DNA of 64,000 nucleotides from Gemmatimonadales bacterium (GTDB lineage: Bacteria; Gemmatimonadota; Gemmatimonadetes; Gemmatimonadales; GWC2-71-9): NCBI GenBank assembly GCA_965249575.1, contig OZ252244.1, forward strand, positions 2,464,001 to 2,528,000. The letters run 5' to 3'. The notes below the pieces were generated by a model. The model was not told where the DNA came from and did no database searches. It saw only the letters and a list, made by a program, of their open reading frames with translations. Of the stretch, positions 41,043 through 50,482 are shown piece by piece (position 1 is the first letter of the stretch; every line of letters begins with the position of its first letter). The position numbers and the translations under genes were made by a program.

Positions 41043-42209
41043 GTGAGCGCCACGCTCCCCACTACGCGAGGCGCGGTCGAACGGGTCATCGGCCGCGTCG
41101 CGGGGTCCGCGCCCGGTCCGACTTTGCTCTGCGTAGCATCGATACATGGGAACGAGCCCGCTGGCTCTCGCGCCCTCCAGCAAGTGTTCGCCAGCCTGCA
41201 GCAAACTCAGCCGTCCATCCGCGGTGAATTCGTTGGCGTGGTCGGCAACGTGGCAGCGCTCAACAGTCAAAAGCGCTATGTGGATCTCGATCTGAATCGG
41301 TGCTGGTTACCCGAACGTATCGAGGCGTTGAGGCAAGGGAGGACGTCCCGCACGGCGGCGGAAGATACTGAACTCGTGGAACTCCTCGGCACCGTTGAGG
41401 AGGTGGCAGAGCGGGCCCGCGGGGTGGTGCACATTCTCGATCTGCACACGACGTCGGGCGAAGCGAAGCCGTTCGCCACGATCGGGGATACGCTCAGAAA
41501 TCGGGCGTTCGCAACACGCCTGCGTGTCCCGCTGATACTTGGCCTGGAGGAACACCTCGAGGGGACGTTGCTGGAGTACGTCAACAATCTCGGTCACGTG
41601 ACCGCGGGTCTTGAAGGCGGGCAGCATGACGACCAGGCGTCGGTTGACCATCTGGCGGCCGGTGTGTGGCTCGCGCTCGACGCGTCCGCCGTTCTCGTGC
41701 ACCCGAGGACGGTAGCCGCATGGGAGGGCGCGCGGGGCTTGCTCGCGCGGTCCAGAGCAGGAGTACCGTCCGTACTGGAGGTCCGTCATCGTCATCCCGT
41801 CCGGCGCGGCGACGGTTTCACGATGATGCCCGGATGGGCGACGTTTCAACCGGTGAGAAAAGGCGACGTGTTGGCGCGGGATGCTGGAGGAGATGTCCGG
41901 TCCCCGCACTCGGGCCGTGTGTTGATGCCCCTCTACCAGGCTCAGGGTGATGACGGATTCTTTGTGGTGCGGCCGGTGCGCCCGCTCTGGCTGAGGGTGT
42001 CGGCGCTCCTGCGGCGCGTACGAGCCGACCGCCTCGCGCACGGGCTACCAGGCGTGCGGCGCGATCGCGATCGGCCGGGAACGCTGCTCGTGAACCGGAC
42101 GGTCGCGCGCTGGTATGTTCTCGAGCTATTCCACTTGCTGGGTTACCGTCGGGAAAGGGTGCAGGACCGGACGCTCGTCGTGAGCCGCCGGCGGCACGAC
42201 GAGCTCTGA
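41043..42209 (+). CDS. Succinylglutamate desuccinylase/aspartoacylase (M14-like) hydrolase
   Basis: IHGNEPAG, DLNR, LDLHTT, EGGQH. Confidence 0.85.
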   Translation: MSATLPTTRGAVERVIGRVAGSAPGPTLLCVASIHGNEPAGSRALQQVFASLQQTQPSIRGEFVGVVGNVAALNSQKRYVDLDLNRCWLPERIEALRQGRTSRTAAEDTELVELLGTVEEVAERARGVVHILDLHTTSGEAKPFATIGDTLRNRAFATRLRVPLILGLEEHLEGTLLEYVNNLGHVTAGLEGGQHDDQASVDHLAAGVWLALDASAVLVHPRTVAAWEGARGLLARSRAGVPSVLEVRHRHPVRRGDGFTMMPGWATFQPVRKGDVLARDAGGDVRSPHSGRVLMPLYQAQGDDGFFVVRPVRPLWLRVSALLRRVRADRLAHGLPGVRRDRDRPGTLLVNRTVARWYVLELFHLLGYRRERVQDRTLVVSRRRHDEL

Positions 42210-42239
42210 GCGTCCGATGCACGACCCCGAGAGACATGT

Positions 42240-42455
42240 CTAGTCGGAAGATGAATCGTCGCCTGGTTCCCGTGTGCCGCTCTCGACGATTGCCTTGGCA
42301 AGGATCAACACTCCGATGACTAGCGGCAGGTGCGCCCATCCACTCCTGACACCCAACACCAGGGTGAGGACTACCCAGATTACGAGGGCCACCAGTGCCA
42401 ACGCGGCGAGCAACGCGGCGTTGTCGAAGCGGTTACGTCCGGCTGTTTTCGACAT
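42240..42455 (-). CDS. Small membrane protein (2 TM)
   Basis: GGAGG upstream; hydrophobic. Confidence 0.6.
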   Translation of the reverse strand: MSKTAGRNRFDNAALLAALALVALVIWVVLTLVLGVRSGWAHLPLVIGVLILAKAIVESGTREPGDDSSSD

Positions 42456-42533
42456 GAGCGATCGCTTCCCTCCGTGACTGAAGTCACAAAACTATGAAAG
42501 CCTGCGGCCTCGCTTACATGGCGCCTATGACTC

Positions 42534-42562
42534 TTGATTCGCTTGGTGCGGGCTCCTATATT
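42534..42562 (+). promoter_or_regulatory. Sigma70 promoter of the ncRNA
   Basis: TTGATT-17 bp-TATATT. Confidence 0.7.
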
Positions 42563-42567
42563 CGCGA

Positions 42568-42728
42568 TCCTGCTGGGGGCGGAGAGTCTAATTATTGAGC
42601 CAACATGCTCGATTGCGGGCTTCGTTGCTACGGCAGATGTCAGGCCCCACGGGGGAAGACAGACGTCGCAGCTGGAGCACGGTCAGTAACGTTTTCGGGC
42701 TTCAATAATCCTCTTCGTCTCCACAGGT
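42568..42728 (+). ncRNA. ssrS: Probable 6S RNA
   Basis: Rod fold: cctgctgggggcggagag pairs with ctcttcgtctccacagg; attattgagcc with gggcttcaataat; internal loop; apical gcttc/ggagc, gttgc/gcagc, tgtc/gaca, cccc/gggg; flanked by promoter and terminator. Confidence 0.7.
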
Positions 42729-42730
42729 GC

Positions 42731-42763
42731 CGCCGGCGCATGCTCGCATGTGCCGGCGTTGTT
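42731..42763 (+). terminator. Intrinsic terminator
   Basis: cgccggcgcatgc/gcatgtgccggcg hairpin followed by ttgtt. Confidence 0.65.
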
Positions 42764-42785
42764 CATGGCGCGCGTTGCGACCCGC

Positions 42786-42814
42786 TTGACGAAGCATAGG
42801 GCCGAAAATAGCCT
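42786..42814 (+). promoter_or_regulatory. Putative sigma70 promoter of folE
   Basis: TTGACG-17 bp-TAGCCT. Confidence 0.5.
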
Positions 42815-42864
42815 TCACGTGGTGACGCTACAAGCACGCTTCCAATGGACGAGGATTCGATTGG

Positions 42865-43500
42865 GTGAGTAACCCTGGGCCCACGCGTCGATCACACGAC
42901 CGGCGCCGGGATCTTTCGCTGGCTCCCGAGCAAGATGCCGCATTCGCCGCGCTGGTGCGCGACATGCTCGTACGACTTGGAGAAGATCCCGAGCGGGACG
43001 GGCTCGCGGGCACGCCCGAGCGGGTTGTGCGGTCCCTTACATGGTTGACCCGAGGCTACCAGGAGTCGGTGGAGGATGTCGTCAACGGCGCGGTGTTCGC
43101 CGAGCAGCACGAAAACATGGTGCTCGTGAGGGACATCGAGATCTACTCACTGTGCGAGCACCACCTGCTGCCCTTTTTTGGGAAAGCGCACGTCGCCTAC
43201 ATCCCGGCGGGCAGCATCATCGGCCTGTCCAAGGTGCCCCGCATTGTCGATGTGTTCGCCCGGCGGCTCCAAGTTCAGGAGCGCCTCACCGACCAGATCG
43301 CCGATGCGTTGATGGAGGTCCTAGCACCCCACGGCGTCGGTGTGGTGATCGAGGCGTACCACCTCTGCATGATGATGCGTGGTGTGGAGAAGCAGAACTC
43401 CAAGACCATCACCTCTGCCCTCCACGGAACGTTCCGAGACGACGCCAAGTCGCGGGATGAGTTTCTTCGTCTCGCGCACGGGGGGCGCTGGCTCGAATAG
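42865..43500 (+). CDS. folE: GTP cyclohydrolase I
   Basis: [37 protein letters not shown]. Confidence 0.96.
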   Translation: MSNPGPTRRSHDRRRDLSLAPEQDAAFAALVRDMLVRLGEDPERDGLAGTPERVVRSLTWLTRGYQESVEDVVNGAVFAEQHENMVLVRDIEIYSLCEHHLLPFFGKAHVAYIPAGSIIGLSKVPRIVDVFARRLQVQERLTDQIADALMEVLAPHGVGVVIEAYHLCMMMRGVEKQNSKTITSALHGTFRDDAKSRDEFLRLAHGGRWLE

Positions 43501-43527
43501 CCGTCCCCCGCTTCGATTCGCCCAACC

Positions 43528-44115
43528 ATGTTCATTGAGCTCGCCGAATTCCTTCGTTGCCCAGAGGAACACGAAGAGGCCACGTGTGTTGTGGTGCCTC
43601 GGGAGGTGGTGGGGCGAAACGTGCTACGCGGGACGATTGGGTGTGCGGAGTGCAGGCGGGAATACCCGATCGAAAACGGGATCGCACGGTTCGGCGCGGT
43701 CGGCGGCGTGGGATCCGCGGCGGACGTCGCCTGCGATTCGCAAACGATCTTTGCGCTGATGGGTCTGTCGAGCGACGGGGGATATGCGGTGCTGCTCGGG
43801 TCGGTAACCGGTCTGGCACCAGAACTGACCAAGCTGCTGCCCGGCGTGCATCTCATCGGGATCAACGCGCAGGGGTCGGTCCCGAGTGCTCCTGGGTTCT
43901 CACTGCTCGAGGCGAACCGGGTGATTCCTCTCCGGAACTCCATGGCTCGTGCGGTGGTAATCGGGTCGGAGTTCGCGAATGCACCTTGGCTCGCGGAGGG
44001 GGTTCGGGTGCTGTTGCGGGGCTTGCGCCTGGTCGTCTGCGGCGAGCAGGAGTCGGTGGACGGAACGGCGCCGCTGGCAGTGGGAGCCGGCCTTTGGGTC
44101 GCCGAGAAACGGTGA
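43528..44115 (+). CDS. Trm112-like zinc domain plus degenerate methyltransferase-like domain
   Basis: LRCP...GCAECRREYPIENGIARF; C-terminal EGVRVLLRGLRLV. Confidence 0.6.
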   Translation: MFIELAEFLRCPEEHEEATCVVVPREVVGRNVLRGTIGCAECRREYPIENGIARFGAVGGVGSAADVACDSQTIFALMGLSSDGGYAVLLGSVTGLAPELTKLLPGVHLIGINAQGSVPSAPGFSLLEANRVIPLRNSMARAVVIGSEFANAPWLAEGVRVLLRGLRLVVCGEQESVDGTAPLAVGAGLWVAEKR

Positions 44116-44143
44116 GGGTCAGCGCCCGGCCCGACAGCCAGCG

Positions 44144-46027
44144 TCAGCCACGCGAGAACCAGTCGGGTTCCCTTGGGCGGGGACCGGATCCGGCAGGCTC
44201 GCGGTATGCCTCGTCGATCAAACTGCGGTACCGTCCTTCGATAACGCGGCGCTTGACCTTGAGTGAGGGCGTCAGTTGCCCCCCTTCGACACTGAAATCA
44301 TCGTCGACTACGACCACCTTCCTCGGCATCTCCGAGGATTTCAGCTTCCGCAGGCTGAGCATGACCTCCCGCTCGATCTTCGCGATCACGTCCGGCTGCG
44401 TGAAGAGATCTGTTCCGTCCGTGAGGAGAAGGTGGCGCTGTGCCGCCCACGCGGTGACGGCGGGCCTATCTGGAACGACGAGCACTACCGGAAACTTCCG
44501 GCCCTCGCCAACGACGACTGCGTTTGTGATGAACGGACAACTCCGGAGGAGGTTCTCGATTGGTAGGGGAGCGATGTGTCTCCCGGTCGACGTTACGATG
44601 ATGTCTTTCTTCCGGTCCGTGATCGTGAGGTAGCCGTCTGGGTCGAGCTCACCCAGATCGCCGGTATGGAGCCAACCATCGGCGCCGAGCACCCGGTCCG
44701 TCTCCCTAGGCTGGCCGTAGTATCCCTTCATCACGTTCGGGCCGTGTACGATGACCTCACCGTCTTCGGCGATGCGCACGTCCACCCCCGGGATGGGCTT
44801 GCCGACCGTTCCGAATCGGGGTGCCTCATATGGGTTTACCGAGATCACCGGCGAGGTCTCGGTGAGACCGTACCCCTCGAGGATGGGCAATCCCGCAGCG
44901 TAGAAAAAGCGAGCGATCTCCGGTGAGAGGGGCGCACCGCCGGACACGAAGAATCGGACCCGCCCACCGGTACGCGCTCGCAGCTGGGCAAACACCAGCA
45001 GGTCGGCGATGTGCTTTCTCAGCAGGACTAAAGGAGATAGCGGCTCGTTCGCCATCGCGGAGTCAGCCCACTGTTCCGCGCTGCGTCGAGCCCATGAGAA
45101 CAGCCGCCGCCTTACGGCGCCTGCCGAGAACGCAGCGTCGAGCGACCGCACGTACATCTTTTCGAAGAACCGGGGGACCGCGAGAATGATCGTTGGCTGT
45201 ACCTCCAGCAGGTTGGCCGGAACGGCCTCGAGGCTTTCGGCATAGTGGATCGTGCACCCGATATGCAAGGCCACATAGTGGCCGGCCATCCGCTCGAAGC
45301 TGTGTGAGAGTGGGAGAAACGACAGGCACGAGTCTTTGGTATCGAAGGGCAGCACCTGCACGACGGCGACGACGTTGGAGGCGAAATTCCCGTGTGTCAG
45401 CATGACGCCTTTGGGAGCGCCCGTTGTCCCGGACGTGTATATGACCGTCGCCAGGTCATCCGGGCCGACGCTCATCATCTCCCGGCGAGTTTGCGAGTGG
45501 TCCGAGTCGCCGGTAGCGCCGCGGCGCCAGAGGTCACCGAGAGTCATAGTGCTACCCTCGACGCTCCCTGTATCCAGCAGCACGACGTGCTGCAGATCGG
45601 GTAGCTGCCGGCGGATCGAGGTGATCTTGGCGTGCTGGTCTCCGCGAGAGACGAACACGGCGCGTGCCCGGCAGTCGCGAAGGATGAATTGGGTCTGCGC
45701 GGCAGGTAAGGAGGGGTAGATCGGGACACTGACACAGCGGCCGGCGAGCGCAGCGTAGTCCGCGATTGCCCACTCTGGACCGTTTGGGGAGAGGATCGCG
45801 ACACGGTCATCCGGCCGCAGCCCGATCGCTCTCAGTCCGGCGGCGGCACCGTGAACCCGATCTGCGAGCTCGGAGTGTGAGATGTCCTGCCACGCGCCTC
45901 GGGACTTGTAGCGCAAGGCGGCCCGACCGGTGTGAAAGCGCTGGACCGCTTCGAGGAAGAGTTGATTGAGGGTCTGCGGGCGCCCCGGCTGGCTTAGCGG
46001 CGCTTCGGGCGCTGCCACAGGGTTCAA
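44144..46027 (-). CDS. fadD: Long-chain fatty acid-CoA ligase
   Basis: YTSGTTGAPKG, EGYGLTE, TGDLG, DRKKD, TPSLK. Confidence 0.9.
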   Translation of the reverse strand: MNPVAAPEAPLSQPGRPQTLNQLFLEAVQRFHTGRAALRYKSRGAWQDISHSELADRVHGAAAGLRAIGLRPDDRVAILSPNGPEWAIADYAALAGRCVSVPIYPSLPAAQTQFILRDCRARAVFVSRGDQHAKITSIRRQLPDLQHVVLLDTGSVEGSTMTLGDLWRRGATGDSDHSQTRREMMSVGPDDLATVIYTSGTTGAPKGVMLTHGNFASNVVAVVQVLPFDTKDSCLSFLPLSHSFERMAGHYVALHIGCTIHYAESLEAVPANLLEVQPTIILAVPRFFEKMYVRSLDAAFSAGAVRRRLFSWARRSAEQWADSAMANEPLSPLVLLRKHIADLLVFAQLRARTGGRVRFFVSGGAPLSPEIARFFYAAGLPILEGYGLTETSPVISVNPYEAPRFGTVGKPIPGVDVRIAEDGEVIVHGPNVMKGYYGQPRETDRVLGADGWLHTGDLGELDPDGYLTITDRKKDIIVTSTGRHIAPLPIENLLRSCPFITNAVVVGEGRKFPVVLVVPDRPAVTAWAAQRHLLLTDGTDLFTQPDVIAKIEREVMLSLRKLKSSEMPRKVVVVDDDFSVEGGQLTPSLKVKRRVIEGRYRSLIDEAYREPAGSGPRPREPDWFSRG

Positions 46028-46815
46028 AACACGACCACGAAGCGAACCGGCGATCCAGCCACCGTATCCCCGCGCGCGGTCAGCGCAACGGCATGGATCA
46101 CGGCACTGTCGGCCGGATGGTTGCCTCCGGACCGCCGGACGAATGCGGACACGCGTCCGTCGGGCGCGGTCACCGACTCGAGGTGATGTGGCTCCGCCGC
46201 CGGCGTCGTGTCACTCACGGTGAGGAAGAACAGGCCCGCTGCCGGTGTGCCCGGCGACGGCGTGACCAGGTCGTAGACGACACGTTTGTCGGCGAGCGCT
46301 AGCACCTGGCCGGGTGTGCTGGTGAGGTCCTCGACCACCGTTGTGAGGCCGGGCGACTGAGGATCGGAAGGGGGGAACAGGACCTGCCGTGCTCCGGCCG
46401 GCGCGATGGTATCGGCTGCCGGTGTTATCGACACCGAGAGGGGGTCGGAGCGGAGCTCGTCGATCCGTGCCTGCACGCGCCCGGATCCAGGCGTCAGCCC
46501 GGTGACGAGCCCCGAAGCGCCGTCGATCGTGAACCCGACCGTGCCGGTGTCGATGACCGCCCACGAGATCTCCGCCCCGGCCACCACGTTGCCAGCCGCG
46601 TCGAGCGCTCGAGCGCTAAAACGGCCGGTGTCTCCCTCTTCGACCTGCAACACCGTCATCCCGACGATTTCGAGTGCGATGACGCGATCGAAGTCGCCCA
46701 GTAAATCGGTGCATCCGGCGACGAGGAGAACGAGCGGCACGAGTACGGGAGCTAGACCCGTGGTTCTTGGGCCGCCTCGAGTTCCGCTAGGGTGCGTTCG
46801 GCGTGTTCGATCCAT
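46024..46815 (-). CDS. Lipoprotein with Ig-like domain(s)
   Basis: LVLLVAGC lipobox; ISW...IDGASGLVTGLTPG; start uncertain. Confidence 0.65.
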   Translation of the reverse strand: MDRTRRTHPSGTRGGPRTTGLAPVLVPLVLLVAGCTDLLGDFDRVIALEIVGMTVLQVEEGDTGRFSARALDAAGNVVAGAEISWAVIDTGTVGFTIDGASGLVTGLTPGSGRVQARIDELRSDPLSVSITPAADTIAPAGARQVLFPPSDPQSPGLTTVVEDLTSTPGQVLALADKRVVYDLVTPSPGTPAAGLFFLTVSDTTPAAEPHHLESVTAPDGRVSAFVRRSGGNHPADSAVIHAVALTARGDTVAGSPVRFVVVF

Positions 46816-47192
46816 TTTGCGGCGCCCGGGCCGCGGGGCGCGCAACCGAGAAAGGCCTTGAGATGAGTAGTGGCTGCGTCACGCTCGCCGCGCTTGACTA
46901 GGAGGAACGCCAAGCCGTAGTGAGCGCCCGCCAGGGTGCCGTCCAGTTCGAGCGCTTTGCGATAATGACGGATCGCCTCGTCGATATGGTTCGTCTTAGT
47001 GAACGCAATCGCCATGTTCTGGAGCACGCCGGGATCCGACGGGTGTTCCCGTAGCGCGAGACGATACGATGTGAGTGCGGCATCGTAGTCGCCTTGGCGT
47101 TCCAAAGCCAGAGCTTCGTTCAGGTAGTCGAGGCGCCGTGGCTGAATTCCCCCACCACGGCGGCGCCCGAAGAGGCGATTCCATAAACCCAT
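46752..47192 (-). CDS. Tetratricopeptide repeat protein
   Basis: TPR patterns (AIRHYRKALELD, AHYGLA). Confidence 0.85.
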   Translation of the reverse strand: MGLWNRLFGRRRGGGIQPRRLDYLNEALALERQGDYDAALTSYRLALREHPSDPGVLQNMAIAFTKTNHIDEAIRHYRKALELDGTLAGAHYGLAFLLVKRGERDAATTHLKAFLGCAPRGPGAAKWIEHAERTLAELEAAQEPRV

Positions 47193-47275
47193 ATCCGTGC
47201 GTCAAGATACCGCTCCCCGAATCGGCTGGCAACGCGGTTGTCAGTCGTGTTATCCCAGGCTACAATCACAAGACG

Positions 47276-47809
47276 ATGCCCCGTGATCCACTCGCGAGCA
47301 AACAGGTACGCGACGTCCTCGAAGTCGATTGGACGTTCTTTGGCGAATTGTGTCGCGCGCTCGCACTTCGCATCGCCGGGACGTTCGATCCCGAGATCGT
47401 CGTCGGCATCGCAAAGGCGGGGGTGATTCCAGGTGCGGTAGTGGCGTCCATTCTCGAGCGTGACTTCGCCTCGATGGGCGTCACCCGGGCGGGCGGTGAC
47501 GTGAGTCCGACCCTCGTGACTGCCCCGCCACCCAGCGTACGGGGCCGGCGAGTCCTGGTGGTGGATGAAACGTGTGAATCCGGAGACACCCTGAAGCTGG
47601 CGCTCTCCGCGGTCCGCCGTCACAGTCCGGCGGCAGTCAAGTCGGCCGTGTCGTTCAGGACCGGTTCGTACGAACCGGATTTCTACGCGCTGGCGACCGA
47701 GAGTTTCATCGTGCTGCCGTGGGATCGCGAGATCGTTCGCGACGGGGAGTTGATCGTCAGGCCCGACTACGCCGAGTGCTTGAGTCGCAGCGGTGGGACT
47801 GAGCGGTAG
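47276..47809 (+). CDS. Type I phosphoribosyltransferase
   Basis: VLVVDETCESGDTL PRPP motif, VLPWD. Confidence 0.85.
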   Translation: MPRDPLASKQVRDVLEVDWTFFGELCRALALRIAGTFDPEIVVGIAKAGVIPGAVVASILERDFASMGVTRAGGDVSPTLVTAPPPSVRGRRVLVVDETCESGDTLKLALSAVRRHSPAAVKSAVSFRTGSYEPDFYALATESFIVLPWDREIVRDGELIVRPDYAECLSRSGGTER

Positions 47810-47839
47810 CGAGCAGCCTACAAACGGCCGGACCAGCCC

Positions 47840-48400
47840 TCACTGAGATGGGGTGAGCGCGCTACGATAGTCGGCGCCGGCGGTCATGGCATCAAAAACC
47901 GCTTGCAGCGTGTCCGGTGACCCCGCGAGGAATCGGCACCGGCGATCTTCTCCGCCCGCCGCTTCGACCTCCATGACCGCCACCGTCTCCCCGGCCAACC
48001 TCCCCATGAAATCCGAGAGCATGCCCGCCGAGATGGGGCACGAGGGATTACCCGCCGCTCTGCCGGGCTCGATCTCCGCCCAGGCCGCTACGTCAATTGC
48101 CAAACCAGCATCGCCGATCCGTTCCAGCCGTACCGTTCCCCATCCGAGCGCCTGGAAGAACTCCGACAGCGCCTCCTCGAGTGATTTCGCGTCGAGCTTG
48201 GCCGGATCGTCGATGTTCGCGCGCTCGATGAGCCACTGGCAGAAACAGGTGTACACACCTTCTCCAGCGGCGAAGCCGATTTCCTGGAGGCAGGCGGCCG
48301 CTTCGTCGCCCAGGCTCTGCTCAAGCGCGGTCCGCAGGGCATGTAGTGCCTGTGGGCCGATGCCGAGGACGTTCCCGTCGAGTTGAATCGCAGCGCTCAT
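47840..48400 (-). CDS. Stand-alone V4R domain protein
   Basis: LQEIGFAAG, LGWG, SCPISAGML, EVE...CRF. Confidence 0.75.
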   Translation of the reverse strand: MSAAIQLDGNVLGIGPQALHALRTALEQSLGDEAAACLQEIGFAAGEGVYTCFCQWLIERANIDDPAKLDAKSLEEALSEFFQALGWGTVRLERIGDAGLAIDVAAWAEIEPGRAAGNPSCPISAGMLSDFMGRLAGETVAVMEVEAAGGEDRRCRFLAGSPDTLQAVFDAMTAGADYRSALTPSQ

Positions 48401-48430
48401 GAGGTCGATATGTGGATGATGACGGGCAAC

Positions 48431-50482
48431 TTAGGACGATTGCCCGACGCGACGCAAGAGCGTTGCCTCATCGATGACACTCACCCCCAGCGCTTCCGCC
48501 CGGTCGAGCTTCGTGCCGGGATCTTCGCCGGCTATCACGGCGGAGGTTTTCTTCGACACGCTGGATGAAACACGCCCGCCGCCGGCCTCGATCAACTCGG
48601 TTGCTCGGGCGCGCGAGAGCTTCGGGAAGGTTCCGGTCAGCACGAACGTCTGGCCTTCGAGTGGACGGCTCCCCGCGGGCCGCGGCTCGGCGAGGCTCAG
48701 TCCGGCGCGTGCCAATCGCTCGACCAGCCTCCGATTGCGAGGCTCAGCGAAAAAGGTCACGACTCCGTCGGCGATGATGGGACCGACGCCCTCGATAGCG
48801 TTGACCGCGTCGGCGTCCGCGGCCATGAGGGTTTCCATTGACTGGAAATCGCGGGCGAGGAGCTTGGCCACCCCGGCTCCTACGTGTCGGATTCCCAGCG
48901 CGAACAGCTGGGTGGACAATGGTCGATCCTTTGACCTGTGGACGGCATCGACGAGTTGCTGTGCCGACCGAGCTGCGAACCCGTCCAACGGCTCCAAATC
49001 GCCGGTGCTGAGCCGGTAGAGGTCCGCGACGTCTCGGATCAGCTCCTGATTCAACAGTTGCTGTACTCGCTGGTAGCCGAGACCTCGAATGTCCATCGCG
49101 CCCGCGGAGGCGAAGTGGACGATTCCCTCGAGTACCCGCGCCGGACAGGACACGTTGGGACAGTAGGCCATGACCTCGTCGGGAGGCCGCTCCACCGCCG
49201 CTCCGCACACCGGGCAATTCGCGGGGGGGGTGAAGGGCTTCTCTTTTCCGGTCCGCTTGGTTCGAACGGGCGCCAACACCTGCGGGATGACCTCACCGGC
49301 ACGGGTCACTTCGACGTAATCGCCAATGCGGATGTCCCTGGCGGCGATGAGGTCCGCATTGTGCAGCGTGGCATTCGACACCGTCACCCCGCCGACCTCG
49401 ACAGGCTCGAGAACGGCATACGGATTCAACGCACCGGTCCGGCCGACGTTGATCCTGATCTCCCGAAGCCTCGTCACAGCCACTTCGGGAGCGAACTTAC
49501 GCGCGATGGCCCAGCGAGGCTCACGGCCGCCCACGATGCCCAGCTCTTCATGCAGTGCCAATCGGTCCACTTTGACAACGACGCCATCGGCCTCGAATGG
49601 GAGACTCGGCAGCGCCGCCGCCATCCGGTCAATCACTTCCCTCGCTGCGGCGAGGGTGGGCACGCTTTGGTGCTCGGGGGCTACGCGGAATCCCCATGTC
49701 TCGAGCGCCGCGAGGACTTCGCCCTGCGTCCGCAGGCCCAGCGGCCCGTCCGGTTCGATATGAAAGGCGAAAAACCGAAGTCCACGCTTGCGCGTCACGG
49801 CTGAGTCGAGCTGCCTGAGGCTGCCGGCGGCTGCGTTTCGTGGATTCGCGAAAGGCGGCTCTCCGGCTTTTGCGCGCCGGGCGTTGAGGGCGGCGAAGTT
49901 CTCGAGTGGGAAGTAGACCTCCCCTCTGACTTCCATCCATTTCGGCCACCCCGACCCCTGGAGTGTGAGTGGAATGTCGGGGATGGTGCGCGCGTTCGCC
50001 GTCACGTTCTCCCCGACCTCGCCGTTTCCGCGGGTGGCCGCCATCACCATGATGCCGGCGTCGTACGTCAGGTTGACCGCCGCCCCGTCGATTTTTACCT
50101 CGAGCTGATATCCCGCCTTCAGCACGTCGGGGGCGATGCGACCGATGCGTGCCTCCCAGGCGTCGAGCTCCGCGTCGTCGAAGGCATTGGCCAGTGACAG
50201 CATGGGAACGCGGTGTCGGTGCTTCTCGAGCGCGGTCGCGGGTTCCGCCCCCACACGCTGAGTTGGCGAATCGATCGTCTCGAGCTTCGGGTGGGCCCGC
50301 TCGATGGCGACCAGCTCGCGGAACAACTTGTCGAACTCCACGTCCGACATTTCCGGCGTGTCGAGAACATAGTACTCGTGATTGGCTCGGTGGAGGACAC
50401 GACGGAGATCGGCCGCACGCTTTTGGGCGGCGCTGGCATCGGAGGAGGGTGAGGGAGGTTCCGCGCGCTTCGAAGGCGTCAG
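48431..50482 (-). CDS. ligA: NAD-dependent DNA ligase (probable CTG start)
   Basis: HEYYVLDTPEMSD, MLSLAN, EVKIDG, NPRNAAAGSLRQLD, zinc finger, BRCT domain. Confidence 0.95.
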   Translation of the reverse strand: MTPSKRAEPPSPSSDASAAQKRAADLRRVLHRANHEYYVLDTPEMSDVEFDKLFRELVAIERAHPKLETIDSPTQRVGAEPATALEKHRHRVPMLSLANAFDDAELDAWEARIGRIAPDVLKAGYQLEVKIDGAAVNLTYDAGIMVMAATRGNGEVGENVTANARTIPDIPLTLQGSGWPKWMEVRGEVYFPLENFAALNARRAKAGEPPFANPRNAAAGSLRQLDSAVTRKRGLRFFAFHIEPDGPLGLRTQGEVLAALETWGFRVAPEHQSVPTLAAAREVIDRMAAALPSLPFEADGVVVKVDRLALHEELGIVGGREPRWAIARKFAPEVAVTRLREIRINVGRTGALNPYAVLEPVEVGGVTVSNATLHNADLIAARDIRIGDYVEVTRAGEVIPQVLAPVRTKRTGKEKPFTPPANCPVCGAAVERPPDEVMAYCPNVSCPARVLEGIVHFASAGAMDIRGLGYQRVQQLLNQELIRDVADLYRLSTGDLEPLDGFAARSAQQLVDAVHRSKDRPLSTQLFALGIRHVGAGVAKLLARDFQSMETLMAADADAVNAIEGVGPIIADGVVTFFAEPRNRRLVERLARAGLSLAEPRPAGSRPLEGQTFVLTGTFPKLSRARATELIEAGGGRVSSSVSKKTSAVIAGEDPGTKLDRAEALGVSVIDEATLLRRVGQSS

